This document shows, piece after piece, positions 17,208 through 28,334 of a DNA stretch of 64,000 nucleotides. The position numbers and the translations under genes were made by a program. The DNA comes from a virus. The stretch covers positions 1 through 64,000 of IMG/VR virus record IMGVR_UViG_3300027797_000019; one strand, 5' to 3'. The notes under the pieces are model-generated. The model did not search any database. It had not been told where the DNA came from and saw only the letters and a program-made list of their open reading frames with translations. The number at the start of each line of letters is the position of its first letter. The stretch's first letter is position 1.

Positions 17208-17630
17208 ATGGAAGTAAACAAAATAACAAAAAAGGTAAGACTGGATCACTACGATCTGGTAAAGTACCAAATCATTACAGAAGTAATGTTCTTTAAAAAA
17301 GAGAACATTGTTCCTAGTGATTTGGAGCTTTTGACATTACTAGGGTTATGGGGACCAATTGAATTACGATCATTCTGTGATCGTGCTTCGGGTATAGTAT
17401 ACAAGCACACTGTAAAACCTGAAGTGCGTTCACAGAACGTGCGCAATCGCATGGTAAGTCTTGAAAAAAGAGGATATGTAATAAAGTCGCGCAAGGGTAA
17501 AAAAATTATTCAGCTAGTTGACGGATTAGGTATTGCAAAGAGAGGAAACATTTTACTAAACTATAATTTTCTAGCAGTTGAAGCCAACCAAGAGAAATCC
17601 AATAGTAAAGAAGACAGCAGAGAAGCTTAA
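17208..17630 (+). CDS. putative winged-helix DNA-binding protein
   Basis: SDLELLTLL...SQNVRNRMVSLEKRGYVIK wHTH-like pattern. Confidence 0.6.
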   Translation: MEVNKITKKVRLDHYDLVKYQIITEVMFFKKENIVPSDLELLTLLGLWGPIELRSFCDRASGIVYKHTVKPEVRSQNVRNRMVSLEKRGYVIKSRKGKKIIQLVDGLGIAKRGNILLNYNFLAVEANQEKSNSKEDSREA

Positions 17631-17988
17631 TCTAAATCAAGAATTAGTTGATTCAGTGATTGTGCAGTATTGGAAATATGTTCACAATCAAATGTCTCAG
17701 GTTAAGCACACGCATATTCAAGTTCCTAATCTTGGAACATTTGTAGTTAAACCCTGGTCTTTAGAAAATAAATTAGCTCGACTGCAAAGGTTAATTGAAT
17801 CAATTGGTGCTCCTAAAACATTACAACAGTATAGCATTTTAAAAGATAAATATGATCAACTTGACAAACTTTTAGATTTAAAAGAAAAGGTTGCAATGCT
17901 TGAACAAGAAAAATCTGAAATTAAAAACCAAAGAAAACAAGATGAACAGCGTAATAAGAATCTGGAAGAACAAGGGACAAATATTTGA
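17578..17988 (+). CDS. HU/IHF-like protein (TTG start)
   Basis: IVKKTAEKLNLNQELVDSVI...IQVPNLGTFVVK; IHF-like genes are typical of crAss-like phages. Confidence 0.7.
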   Translation: MKPTKRNPIVKKTAEKLNLNQELVDSVIVQYWKYVHNQMSQVKHTHIQVPNLGTFVVKPWSLENKLARLQRLIESIGAPKTLQQYSILKDKYDQLDKLLDLKEKVAMLEQEKSEIKNQRKQDEQRNKNLEEQGTNI

Positions 17989-18250
17989 GGGCATTAAGAA
18001 TTCAATATTTACCAAAGACGATGTTGAAAACATCGCCTATGAGAGAATGTACATATGCGACAGTTGTGAGCATATTGATAGAAATGGTGAAAAATGTCTT
18101 GTACCAGGAACTCAACCTTGTTGCGGAGAATGCGGATGTAAACTACACTGGAAAATCAGAAGTTTATCAAGTAGTTGTCCGGTGGGAAAATGGAAAGAAG
18201 AGCTTACCGAAGAAGAAGCTCAAAAGCTTGAACAAAAATTAGGACTTTAA
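17942..18250 (+). CDS. Cys-rich Zn-binding protein (DUF6171-like; start revised to MNSVIRIW)
   Basis: ERMYICDSCEH...CGECGC...K...SCPVGKW. Confidence 0.7.
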   Translation: MNSVIRIWKNKGQIFEGIKNSIFTKDDVENIAYERMYICDSCEHIDRNGEKCLVPGTQPCCGECGCKLHWKIRSLSSSCPVGKWKEELTEEEAQKLEQKLGL

Positions 18251-18262
18251 AAACCAAAACCT

Positions 18263-19120
18263 ATGGAAATATTTTTTAACGAATCAGATCATTCTTATCA
18301 CTCAATAGATAAATCGGATTCTATAAAGTGGGTAAGTGCTACTTCACTTTTAAGTTTTTACAAACAACCATTTGATCCAAAATCTATTTCTGAAAAGTCA
18401 TCTCGCAATGCAAAGAGTAAGTGGTATGGGATGAACCCAGAAGAAATACGCGCTATTTGGAAAAAAGAAGCAGATCGTGCAACATCTCTTGGTAACTGGT
18501 ATCACAAACAAAGAGAGGATGATCTTTTAGGTTGTAATACTATTGTCAGGTATAATACCGAATTACCAATTGTAGCTCCTATTGTAGATGCTGAAGGTTA
18601 CAAGGTTGCCCCAGAGCAAAAACTTACAGAAGGTATTTATCCTGAACACATGGTATATCTCAAGTCAGCCGCTGTATGTGGACAAAGTGATTTAGTTGAA
18701 GTAGCTAATGGTAAAGTGTACATTACTGACTACAAAACAAACAAAGAAATTAAAAAAGAAAGCTACAGAAACTGGGAAGGTATTTCTCAAAAAATGGAAT
18801 ATCCAGTTTCTCATTTAGATGATTGTAATCTGAATCATTACAATCTTCAACTTTCTATATACATGTATATCGTGTTAAAGCATAACCCTAAACTTCAACC
18901 AGGTGAACTTACTATTCATCATATCATGTTTGAGGAAAGAGAGGAAAAAGATGAAAATGGTTTTCCCCTTGTGATTTATGATGAGAAAGGGTTCCCAAAA
19001 GTTAAAGAGGTGGTTATATACAGATTACCTTATTTGAAAGATGAAGTTGTCAGTCTTTTGAAGCATTATCAAGACAACAAGGAAAAACTATTATCAAAAA
19101 AATATGGTCAAGCTGTTTGA
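18263..19120 (+). CDS. PD-(D/E)xK exonuclease
   Basis: S-ATSLL, G-N-W-YH, PEH, CGQSDLV, ITDYKT and QLSIY motifs. Confidence 0.85.
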   Translation: MEIFFNESDHSYHSIDKSDSIKWVSATSLLSFYKQPFDPKSISEKSSRNAKSKWYGMNPEEIRAIWKKEADRATSLGNWYHKQREDDLLGCNTIVRYNTELPIVAPIVDAEGYKVAPEQKLTEGIYPEHMVYLKSAAVCGQSDLVEVANGKVYITDYKTNKEIKKESYRNWEGISQKMEYPVSHLDDCNLNHYNLQLSIYMYIVLKHNPKLQPGELTIHHIMFEEREEKDENGFPLVIYDEKGFPKVKEVVIYRLPYLKDEVVSLLKHYQDNKEKLLSKKYGQAV

Positions 19121-19616
19121 TATCCAAAATGGTACAGTAGTTCCAACAGAGCATTGCTTTGTTTTGGGGACACTTAAAAAAATACAAGACGAGTATCCTA
19201 ATGATTATTTGTCAATTTATGGATACGTTTTTTATATGACATGTCCTAATCCTGAATTGAATCCTTTCTTTGACATTATTGAAAATGATAAGGAAGAACT
19301 GATACTTAGAGAAGTGAACGCTGAGTTTTCAACTGAGGATATTACTATTAGAGACGCAATTAAATTTTGTGAGAAGTTATATGAAACACCTACATATCGT
19401 GCTTATATGGGTATAAAGCAAATGCTTGACAGATTGGCAAGATATATGGAAAATACGCCCGTTGAACACGGTAGAGATGGTAACATTAATTCACTAGTTA
19501 ATGCAGCAGCTAAGTTTGAACAAATAAGAATGTCATTTAAAGGTGCATACAAAGATTTGATGGAAGAGCAAAAAGGTACAGCAAGAGGTGGTCAACAACT
19601 TGCATATGACCAATAG
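19104..19616 (+). CDS. conserved hypothetical protein upstream of TerL (possible small terminase)
   Basis: 170-aa helical protein ending ARGG; function inferred from position only. Confidence 0.55.
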   Translation: MVKLFDIQNGTVVPTEHCFVLGTLKKIQDEYPNDYLSIYGYVFYMTCPNPELNPFFDIIENDKEELILREVNAEFSTEDITIRDAIKFCEKLYETPTYRAYMGIKQMLDRLARYMENTPVEHGRDGNINSLVNAAAKFEQIRMSFKGAYKDLMEEQKGTARGGQQLAYDQ

Positions 19617-19643
19617 TATAACGAAACGAAATAAATATGAGTA

Positions 19644-19880
19644 ATGAAGGTGACAGTAGACAAACAGAAGTTGGCGACAGTACTACTTATGATCGCAATG
19701 TTTTTCAATCCGTTTGGATTCGATGCTTTATTCAAACTAGTAATGGACTTGACAGGTTCTTATTGGATTACGGATATAATTTTTTATTGCGTTTCGGGAT
19801 TGTTCTTTGGACTATATATCTTATTGCGCAAGTCAATTAAAAAACATAAAAGACACCCGTATGATGACCTTTTTATATAA
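19644..19880 (+). CDS. two-TM membrane protein (holin-like?)
   Basis: Two hydrophobic helices and a basic C-terminal tail. Confidence 0.55.
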   Translation: MKVTVDKQKLATVLLMIAMFFNPFGFDALFKLVMDLTGSYWITDIIFYCVSGLFFGLYILLRKSIKKHKRHPYDDLFI

Positions 19881-20262
19881 AATTAGAAACAGTATTACCG
19901 ATAGACTAGGATGGTTCTTTTGTGAAATATCGTTTAAGTCATTGGATAAATGGAAAAACGAATCATTCTCAATGTTTTTCTATAGTATCGGTATTTGGTT
20001 TTATAGCTTTTATAAAAATATTAATGATAAAGAAATTATGCTAGAAGAAGGATTTTATAATTGGTTATTCCATTTTAACCCTTATACACAACTTTGGTCT
20101 ATAGTACATAGAGAAGATTATAAAGCTTACTGGAGTGGTGGAGAAACTAAATATCCGGTAGTTAAATCAAAGGATATTAAAACTTTGATTTACGTGGTTA
20201 ATACTTCAAACGGTGATCCCTCATTTATACAAGAGGTTGTAGACTTGGCTGTAATAGAGTAA
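19861..20262 (+). CDS. hypothetical protein (start uncertain)
   Basis: ORF 19807-20262; likely start at MMTFLY or MLEEGF. Confidence 0.55.
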   Translation: MMTFLYKIRNSITDRLGWFFCEISFKSLDKWKNESFSMFFYSIGIWFYSFYKNINDKEIMLEEGFYNWLFHFNPYTQLWSIVHREDYKAYWSGGETKYPVVKSKDIKTLIYVVNTSNGDPSFIQEVVDLAVIE

Positions 20263-20265
20263 TAC

Positions 20266-22473
20266 TTGGAAACATTTATTGACATACCTACATACGATGC
20301 ATCTGTTGGTGAGTGGAGTATTACAAGTTACAATACTCGTGAACAGTTTGTAGATTTCCTTAAATCTATTTTTAAGGAACCAGGTTTGTATGCTTTTGAT
20401 GAAACTACTAAACTTTTTAACGAGCAGGCAAAGATATTTAATCAACAAAAAGTATACTGTGCTGCACCATTTCGTAGTAAGGACTTTATTGATTATTGGA
20501 ATAACGAAAAAAATAAATGCAGAAAAGGTGTAATATTTAAAAACCCTCTTGGTAAAACATGGTACTTAACAAGGGACTATTACATGTGGTTAAACTTTCT
20601 GCCCATTTACAATAAAGAGCAGGGAAAATTTACGTTTGCTGACATAAGAGATGCGCAGTATCACATGGCACTCTACGAGGACATTGCAAAATACAGTTTT
20701 AAACATGTTGCGATTTTAAAGAAACGTCAGATTGCATCTTCTTATTTCCATACTGCAAAAATGATAAACAACTTCTGGTTTGAGGAGGGTTCTATCAATA
20801 AAATGGCAGGTTCTCTAAAAGATTACATTAATGAAAAGGGTACATGGCGATTTATGGAAGAATACAGAAACTTCTTGAATCAACACACTGCATGGTACAG
20901 ACCTTGTAATCCTGATAAGATTCTTAACTGGCAGCAAAAAATCGAAGTTAATGCTGGTGGAAGAAAGAAAGACGTAGGTCTAAACTCAGTCATCATAGGG
21001 TTGTCTTTGGATAAAGATCCGACAAATGGTGTAGGCGGTCCATGTAATTTATTTTTTCATGAGGAAGCAGGTATTGCCCCTAACATGGATAAAACAATAG
21101 AATACTTATTACCCGCATTAAAATCAGGTATGATCTACACAGGTATGTTTGTAGCTGCAGGGTCTGTGGGTGATTTGGATCAGTGTGAACCACTGAAGGA
21201 AATGATATTACAACCCGATTCCAAAGACGTTCTTGCTGTAGGTACTAATCTGTTAAATGAAAACTGGGAATATGCAGAATGTGGTTTGTTTATTCCAGAA
21301 CAGTGGTCTATGCTTCCGTGTATTGATGAATACGGTAATTCCCTAGTTGAACAAGCGCTAGAAATGATTGTTGAGGAGCGTAAGGATTGGAAGAAAAAAC
21401 TTAAAGCACAAGACTATCAATTACGCATTTCTCAGAAACCTATTAACATCGAAGAAGCATTCGCGAATAGAAAAGTATCTCTATTCCCGTTACATCTTGT
21501 AAATGCCCAGTTGAGAAGAATTGAAGAACGAGAATACTATACTGAATATGTTGATTTGTATAGGGATGAAAATGGTAAGATTGCAGTTCGCGAATCGAGA
21601 AAACTACCAATTAGTGAATTTCCTATTTCACCAAAGACTACTGACAAGGAAGGTACAATTGTAGTATATGAACGACCTGTTGAAGATCCTACTTTTGGAA
21701 TGTATTACGCTTCAGTCGACCCTGTTTCCGAAGGTAAAACAACTACATCAGATTCACTGTGCTCAATCATTGTCTACAAAACCTCTATAGAAATTACTAA
21801 AAAGAAAAGCGATGGTTCCGTTGAAAGTCACGTTGAGCGTGACAAGGTGGTTGCTGTATGGTGTGGGAGATTTGATGACTTGAATAAAACCCATGAGAGA
21901 TTAGAAAATATAATTGAATGGTACAATGCCTGGACAATTGTAGAAAACAACATCTCATTGTTTATTCAGCATATGATAGCTCGAAGAAAGCAGCGATATC
22001 TTGTACCCAAAAATCAAATTCTGTTTCTTAAAGACTTAGGTGCAAATACAAATGTCTTCCAGGAATATGGATGGCGTAACGTTGGTAGTATATTTAAAAC
22101 ACACCTCTTGAGTTATGCTGTTTCTTTTTTGACGGAAGAGCTGGATCACATTACAAAAAGTGACGGGGAAATTGTAAAGACAGTATATGGTGTCGAAAGA
22201 ATTCCAGACCCCATGCTTCTTAAAGAAATGCAGGCGTACAGAGAAGGACTGAACGTTGACCGTTTAGTAAGTTTTGCTGCACTGGTGGCGTTCTCCAAAA
22301 TACAGCATTCTAATAGAGGTTATGCGAGAAAAACAGAGTATGAGAACACCAATTTGGAGAACTCACCAAAAAATAGTAACTTAAAAATGAGTCCCTTTAG
22401 GCATATTGGAGGTTCTAAAAACGCAACTTTAAGCTCAGGAAAGCCTAGGAACCCCTTTAAGAACTTTCGATGA
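20266..22473 (+). CDS. terL: terminase large subunit
   Basis: ILKKRQIASS (Walker A-like), FFHEEAG (Walker B), YASVDPV nuclease motif, VENN, and a position before the portal. Confidence 0.93.
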   Translation: METFIDIPTYDASVGEWSITSYNTREQFVDFLKSIFKEPGLYAFDETTKLFNEQAKIFNQQKVYCAAPFRSKDFIDYWNNEKNKCRKGVIFKNPLGKTWYLTRDYYMWLNFLPIYNKEQGKFTFADIRDAQYHMALYEDIAKYSFKHVAILKKRQIASSYFHTAKMINNFWFEEGSINKMAGSLKDYINEKGTWRFMEEYRNFLNQHTAWYRPCNPDKILNWQQKIEVNAGGRKKDVGLNSVIIGLSLDKDPTNGVGGPCNLFFHEEAGIAPNMDKTIEYLLPALKSGMIYTGMFVAAGSVGDLDQCEPLKEMILQPDSKDVLAVGTNLLNENWEYAECGLFIPEQWSMLPCIDEYGNSLVEQALEMIVEERKDWKKKLKAQDYQLRISQKPINIEEAFANRKVSLFPLHLVNAQLRRIEEREYYTEYVDLYRDENGKIAVRESRKLPISEFPISPKTTDKEGTIVVYERPVEDPTFGMYYASVDPVSEGKTTTSDSLCSIIVYKTSIEITKKKSDGSVESHVERDKVVAVWCGRFDDLNKTHERLENIIEWYNAWTIVENNISLFIQHMIARRKQRYLVPKNQILFLKDLGANTNVFQEYGWRNVGSIFKTHLLSYAVSFLTEELDHITKSDGEIVKTVYGVERIPDPMLLKEMQAYREGLNVDRLVSFAALVAFSKIQHSNRGYARKTEYENTNLENSPKNSNLKMSPFRHIGGSKNATLSSGKPRNPFKNFR

Positions 22474-22494
22474 TAGACTTTAATCCAATGAAAG

Positions 22495-25212
22495 ATGCAA
22501 ATATTTAATGCATTACAGCTAAAAAACGGCGCTAAAGCTGAATATAATCGGTTGGGTACAATTACTCAACCTGTACAATTTTTACCCACCAAAGAAAAAA
22601 CGGAGGAATGGGGTGCGTGGAATATGGACTGGTACGAAATGCAAGGACTTAAGCAAATTCGTAGGAACGCCCGTAAACTTCTTAAAAACTATAAGCTTGC
22701 TAATGGTGTAATTGATAAGACTGACTACATTATTGAAGAAGATAATGAGCAAGCCGATCTTATTAATATTCTGACAAAGACAGATGAGTCTGCGTTAGAG
22801 CTTAAGTTTTTTCCCATTATCCCTAATGTAATCAACGTACTTTCTGGTGAATTTGCTAAGCGCAATGATCGGATTATGTACCGTGCTGTAGATGAAATCT
22901 CATATAATGAGATGCTTGAAGAGAAGCGTCTTATGGTTGAGCAATATCTACTATCTCATGCTGAAGCTAAAATGATGGAAATGCTTATGGCGCAGGGTAT
23001 GCAAATGGATTCTGAAGAAGCTCAACAAGCAATGAATCCTGAAAACCTTAAGTCTTTACCTGAAATTGAAGCATACTTTAAAAAAGACTACCGTTCAATG
23101 ATTGAACAGTGGGCGATGCATCAGCATCTTGTTGACGAAGAACGCTTTAAAATAAAAGAGCTTGAGAACATGGCTTTCAAAGACATGTTAATTACCGATA
23201 GAGAATTCTGGCATTTTAAAATGAATGAGGACGACTACGAAATTGAATTGTGGAATCCTGTATTGACTTTCTATCACAAATCACCAGAAGTAAGATATAT
23301 TTCTCAAGGTAACTGGGCTGGTAAAGTTGATTTAATGAGTCCTTCTGATATCATTGACAAGTATGGTTATATGATGACTGAGGAACAGCTTAGATCGTTA
23401 GAAGCAATTTATCCTGTAAAAGCTGCAGGATATGCTATTTCAGGATATCAAAACGATGGTACTTTTTATGATGCTACTCGTTCTCATCAATGGAATACAG
23501 AAGGTCCGTCTCTGGGTTACCGTCAGTTCGTCAGTGTTAACGACCGCTTCCTGGGTCAAGGTGACGATGTGATCACACAAATCTTGGAAGAATCCGAGGA
23601 CCTTTATGACTATGGAACTACAAATCTTTTAAGAGTAACTACTGTTTATTGGAAGTCACAGCGGATGCTGGGATATCTAACTCGTATAGAGGATGATGGT
23701 AGTGAAATTAAAATGATTGTAGACGAGAACTTTAAAGTCACCAATAAACCGATGTATGATACTTCGGTTATTAAAAGAAAAACAGCAGATAATCTTGTTT
23801 ATGGTGAACACATAGAATGGATCTGGATTAATGAAGTTTGGGGTGGACTTAAATTAGGACCAAACCGACCTACTTTCTATGGTAATGCTGATGCGACAGG
23901 ACTTGCCCCAATCTATCTTAACGTTAAGCCTGTTAAATTTCAATTCAAAGGTGATTTTACTCCTTATGGTTGTAAGCTTCCCGTAGAAGGTTCTGTTTTC
24001 TCAGACAGAAACAGTCGTTCAGTAGCACTGGTTGACAAAATGAAACCTTTCCAAATTGGTTACAACCTTGTTAACAATCAGATTGCTGACATTCTTATTG
24101 ATGAATTGGGTACAGTAATTATGCTTGATCAGAATGCTTTACCTCGTCAATCAATGGGTGAAGACTGGGGACAGAACAATTTTGCAAAAGCATATGTAGC
24201 AATGAAGTCATTCCAGATGTTGCCACTGGATACTTCTATCACTAATACTGAAAATGCGTTAAATTTTCAGCATTATCAAGTATTGAATCTTGAACAGACT
24301 CAGCGGTTAATGTCAAGAATTCAATTGGCAAACTATTTTAAACAACAAGCATTTGAAACTATTGGTATTTCACCTCAACGTCTTGGCGCTGTTAATGCTC
24401 AAGAAACTGCTCAAGGAATCCAACAAGCTGTAAATAATTCTTACTCACAGACTGAAACTTATTTTATTCAGCATTCTGAATATCTAATGCCTAGAGTACA
24501 TCAAATGAGAACAGATTTGGCTCAGTATTATCATTCACATAAACCTTCGGTTCGTCTTCAGTATATGACAGGAATGGATGAAAAGGTTAATTTTGAAATG
24601 AGCGGTACCGAAATGCTTGCCAGAGATCTTAACATCTTTGTTACAACTAAGGTGAATCAGAAGCAGATCATGGAACAAATCCGTCAACTTGCTTTGAGTA
24701 ATAATACTTCCGGTGCATCTATCTATGATCTTGGTAAACTTGTTCAAGCAGACTCCCTTGCTGAAATTAGTCACACTCTAAAAGGTATTGAAGAAAAGAC
24801 AACTAAAGCTAAGCAACAAGAAATGCAGCAAATGCAAGATATTGAGCGCATGAAACAAGAAGGTCTTGATAAGCGTTTAATGGCTGAACAGCAGTATAAA
24901 GCAGAGCAAGCGCAGCTTGAGCGTGACAATGACGTAAGAGTTGCTGAAATTAGATCTGCTGGTTACGGTGCAATGGTGGATCTTGATAAAAATAGTCAGT
25001 CTGACTTTAGAGATACTCTTGATTATTTAGATAAAAAAGATCGTGCTGATCAAGAATTAAATATGCGTCGTGAAGCATCTATTTCAAAAAATGCAATTGA
25101 TCAGCAGAAATTAGACTTGCAAAGACAAGAACTTCAAACAAGAAAAGAGATTGCTCAAAAGCAAGTAGAAGTCGCTCGCACTAATAAAAATCGCTTTGAT
25201 AAAAAAGATTGA
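22495..25212 (+). CDS. portal protein
   Basis: 905 aa between TerL and scaffold/MCP; FPIIPNVINVLSGE, ALVDKMKPFQIGYN and GISPQRLG motifs; coiled-coil C-terminus typical of crAss-like portals. Confidence 0.9.
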   Translation: MQIFNALQLKNGAKAEYNRLGTITQPVQFLPTKEKTEEWGAWNMDWYEMQGLKQIRRNARKLLKNYKLANGVIDKTDYIIEEDNEQADLINILTKTDESALELKFFPIIPNVINVLSGEFAKRNDRIMYRAVDEISYNEMLEEKRLMVEQYLLSHAEAKMMEMLMAQGMQMDSEEAQQAMNPENLKSLPEIEAYFKKDYRSMIEQWAMHQHLVDEERFKIKELENMAFKDMLITDREFWHFKMNEDDYEIELWNPVLTFYHKSPEVRYISQGNWAGKVDLMSPSDIIDKYGYMMTEEQLRSLEAIYPVKAAGYAISGYQNDGTFYDATRSHQWNTEGPSLGYRQFVSVNDRFLGQGDDVITQILEESEDLYDYGTTNLLRVTTVYWKSQRMLGYLTRIEDDGSEIKMIVDENFKVTNKPMYDTSVIKRKTADNLVYGEHIEWIWINEVWGGLKLGPNRPTFYGNADATGLAPIYLNVKPVKFQFKGDFTPYGCKLPVEGSVFSDRNSRSVALVDKMKPFQIGYNLVNNQIADILIDELGTVIMLDQNALPRQSMGEDWGQNNFAKAYVAMKSFQMLPLDTSITNTENALNFQHYQVLNLEQTQRLMSRIQLANYFKQQAFETIGISPQRLGAVNAQETAQGIQQAVNNSYSQTETYFIQHSEYLMPRVHQMRTDLAQYYHSHKPSVRLQYMTGMDEKVNFEMSGTEMLARDLNIFVTTKVNQKQIMEQIRQLALSNNTSGASIYDLGKLVQADSLAEISHTLKGIEEKTTKAKQQEMQQMQDIERMKQEGLDKRLMAEQQYKAEQAQLERDNDVRVAEIRSAGYGAMVDLDKNSQSDFRDTLDYLDKKDRADQELNMRREASISKNAIDQQKLDLQRQELQTRKEIAQKQVEVARTNKNRFDKKD

Positions 25213-25352
25213 TAAGACCCAAAAATGGGTTAGCGATATAATCCGAAAAATGTCACACATTCTTTTCTAAAACTAACTTTCGAAAGTTTAGAAATAGATT
25301 ATAATGTGTAGATTATTAATGTAGAACAACAAAGAAACCAACACTTTAAATT

Positions 25353-26594
25353 ATGGCTACAGACAAAAACCAATCTACGAATGTAGAATCTGTAACGCTC
25401 TCTGACATTGATGATTTTCTTCCGATGCCTAGCGCAGAAGATGTATTAACTGGAGATGGAAAGAGTGATGCAAAAAAACCTAGTCTCTTTTCAAGAAATG
25501 CGGCTGTTGATATGAGCTTTCTTGAGAATGATGGCAAAGATGAAAATGCTGATGATGATAAGGATGATTCAGCAGATGATAAAAAAGAACCCATTAACAC
25601 AGATAATGTGTTGGATGATTTGAATCCCGCTGGTGATGATGAGGAAGATTCTGATTTAAAAGCAGGAAGAAAAAAAGTTGACAAAAGCGGAATGGTTGAA
25701 ACATTCTCTAAGTTAATTGAAGAGGGTCTTATCATCCCCTTTGAAGATGATAAAAAATTAGAGGAGTACTCTATGAAAGACTGGAAGGAGCTTCTTGAAG
25801 CAAATTTCCAGGAACGCGAAAAAGCGATTAGAGATCAAACTCCAACAGAGTTCTTTGAATCACTACCCGATGAACTGCAATATGCAGCTCGTTACGTAGC
25901 AAATGGTGGAACAGACATTAAAGGTTTGTTCAAAGCGTTAGCTCAAGTTGAAGAGACTAAGTCTTTTGATCCTGAAGCAGACGCACATCATGTGGTACGT
26001 CAGTATCTGAGAGCAACCAATTTTGGTAGTGACACAGATATAGAAGAGCAAATTAAAGAGTGGGAAGATTTTGGAACATTGGAAAAAAAATCTAATAGTT
26101 TCAAACCCAAACTCGAAAAGATGCAAGAAGAAATTCTTGAAGAGCAGATTCAACGTCAAGAGCAATACAAAAAGCAACAAGAAAAAGCTGCTCGTGATTA
26201 CATGAATAATGTGTACGAGACGCTAAAAATTGGTGATCTAAACGGTGTAAAAATCGATAAACGTACACAAACTTTCTTGTTTTCTGAATTGACTGACGCA
26301 AAATACCAGTCTATGTCGGGTAAGCAAACAAATCTTCTAGGACATCTTCTTGAGAAGTATCAGTTCCAAGAACCTAGATATGATTTAGTTGCTGAAGCGC
26401 TTTGGTTGTTGGCAGACCCTGATGCATATAAAGATCAGATTCGTCAACAAGCAAAGAACCAGGCAACACAAGACACAGTTCGTAAGCTGAAAACTGAAGA
26501 AGCAAGAAAAATTGCAGGAACAGTAGCTGACGAAAAAGAAGAAAAAGCCGGAAGAAAAATACCTCGTCCGTCAAACATATTCAAAAGAAGTTAA
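25353..26594 (+). CDS. scaffolding-like protein
   Basis: Acidic, disordered N-terminus and coiled coils, located between portal and MCP. Confidence 0.7.
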   Translation: MATDKNQSTNVESVTLSDIDDFLPMPSAEDVLTGDGKSDAKKPSLFSRNAAVDMSFLENDGKDENADDDKDDSADDKKEPINTDNVLDDLNPAGDDEEDSDLKAGRKKVDKSGMVETFSKLIEEGLIIPFEDDKKLEEYSMKDWKELLEANFQEREKAIRDQTPTEFFESLPDELQYAARYVANGGTDIKGLFKALAQVEETKSFDPEADAHHVVRQYLRATNFGSDTDIEEQIKEWEDFGTLEKKSNSFKPKLEKMQEEILEEQIQRQEQYKKQQEKAARDYMNNVYETLKIGDLNGVKIDKRTQTFLFSELTDAKYQSMSGKQTNLLGHLLEKYQFQEPRYDLVAEALWLLADPDAYKDQIRQQAKNQATQDTVRKLKTEEARKIAGTVADEKEEKAGRKIPRPSNIFKRS

Positions 26595-26639
26595 ATAAAC
26601 CTTTAACAATAACAATTCAATCCTAAAACCCTTTCAAAA

Positions 26640-28262
26640 ATGAGTACACCTGTTCTTAACAATGGTCTCTTCCTCAGGGATACTAGCTACAAAGTTAGTT
26701 CTCACGTGGACAGCTACCACCTGGTGAACATGCTCAAGAGTGCAGAACCCATGGATTTGGGTCCTGTAGACTTGTGGGCAATGACCCAGAAGGTAGAAAT
26801 GCCTCTTTATCAGATGGCATCTTTTGGTGGTAAAAACACCATTCTTGTAAATAACCCTCGTGGTGAGTACAAATGGCAAACACCTATCGTACAAGATCTT
26901 CCTTACATTACTGAAGACGCTGAACCAGGCGCTTCTGCAAATGTTGGAAAAGATGGTACATCTTTCAAAATTAAAGTAAACAAGCGTTCTTTCGGACATG
27001 GTGATATCATCACATACGATAAGTACAATGGTGCAGAAATGTACGTTACTGCAGAAGATATTCTTCCTACTGGTGACGGATTTCTTTACACTGTTCAACT
27101 TGTAAACAACGACAACCAAAAAGGTCTTGACAAGAATTTTGTTAAGCCTGGTACTAAGTTGTTCCGTAAAGGTTCTGCTCGTGGTGAATACGGTGAGCGT
27201 TTCTCTGACATCGGAGAATTGAGCACTGGATTCCGTGAGTTCTACAACTACGTAGGTGGTGCTGAAGCTCACGTACACTACAGTGTATCTAGCCGCGCTG
27301 ACTTGATGATGAAAGGTGGTATGCAAGCTGATGGTAGCGTACCTGTAACTGAAATCTGGCGTTCATTCGATAAGAGTATTGATCCTTCAATTACTTCTAT
27401 CGATGCTATGGTTGCTAAGATGGGTAAAGACTACATCAAGCGAGCTTATGATAGCGGTACTTTATCTCGCTCTTTCGTTACCAATTTGGAAGCAGCTCAC
27501 TTGACTAAAATTGCAACAGACATCGAAACCTACTTGATGTGGGGACAAGGTGGTCGCGTTAAGCAAGATGGTCCAGATGATATCCGCTTGTCAGTAGGTC
27601 TTTGGAAGCAGTTGGACAACTCTTTCAAGCGTATCTACAACAAAGGTTCTTTCAACCTTGAGCTTTTCCGTAGCGAAATCTTCAACTTCTACAATGGTAA
27701 AGTTGAATTTAAAGGACCAGATCCTAAGCGTCAGATCATCGTACAAACTGGTATGGCTGGTATGAAGATGGTGAACGACGCTATCAAGAAAGAAGCTATG
27801 GGTGCAGGTCTTGTGGTACAAGCTGCTGATATCGGTGCAATCACCGGTCAGGGAATGGATCTGAATTTTGGATTCGCTTTCACTAGCTACACAATTCCTT
27901 TCTTGGCAAACGTTAAGTTTGTGTTGAACCCTGCTTTTGATAACGTTCATACTAACGATATTGAAAACCCAATCATTGATGGTTTCCCTCTGTCAAGCTA
28001 CAACTTTATTGTATTCGATATCACTGATAATACCAACGACAACATCTTCTTGTTGAAGTTGCAGTGGGATAACGAACTGAAGTGGTTCTATCAGAACGGT
28101 ACTATGGACTACATGGGACGTACTCAAGGTTTCTCTTCTAGCGGAAACTTTAACGGATACCGTGTGTTCATGACTCAAACGATGCCTGCTTTGTGGGTAA
28201 AAGATCCAACCAAAGTGTTGAAGATCGTTATGAGAAACCCGATCACTGGTGGTTCTTTCTAA
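26640..28262 (+). CDS. major capsid protein
   Basis: 540 aa with very strong codon bias (CGT/GGT/TTC), in the crAss-like MCP position and followed by a terminator. Confidence 0.9.
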   Translation: MSTPVLNNGLFLRDTSYKVSSHVDSYHLVNMLKSAEPMDLGPVDLWAMTQKVEMPLYQMASFGGKNTILVNNPRGEYKWQTPIVQDLPYITEDAEPGASANVGKDGTSFKIKVNKRSFGHGDIITYDKYNGAEMYVTAEDILPTGDGFLYTVQLVNNDNQKGLDKNFVKPGTKLFRKGSARGEYGERFSDIGELSTGFREFYNYVGGAEAHVHYSVSSRADLMMKGGMQADGSVPVTEIWRSFDKSIDPSITSIDAMVAKMGKDYIKRAYDSGTLSRSFVTNLEAAHLTKIATDIETYLMWGQGGRVKQDGPDDIRLSVGLWKQLDNSFKRIYNKGSFNLELFRSEIFNFYNGKVEFKGPDPKRQIIVQTGMAGMKMVNDAIKKEAMGAGLVVQAADIGAITGQGMDLNFGFAFTSYTIPFLANVKFVLNPAFDNVHTNDIENPIIDGFPLSSYNFIVFDITDNTNDNIFLLKLQWDNELKWFYQNGTMDYMGRTQGFSSSGNFNGYRVFMTQTMPALWVKDPTKVLKIVMRNPITGGSF

Positions 28263-28280
28263 GAATAACCTATTACAAAT

Positions 28281-28313
28281 CTGGGGGTAACCATTCCCCC
28301 AGTTTTTGTTTTT
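28281..28313 (+). terminator. intrinsic terminator
   Basis: CTGGGGG-taaccatt-CCCCCAG followed by TTTTTGTTTTT. Confidence 0.85.
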
Positions 28314-28334
28314 ACAATCTTCCACCTCCTCGAT

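Noticed and set aside
17108-17296. 62-aa ORF
   Set aside because: Overlaps the tRNA-like structure and the 17208 gene; non-ATG start with no leader
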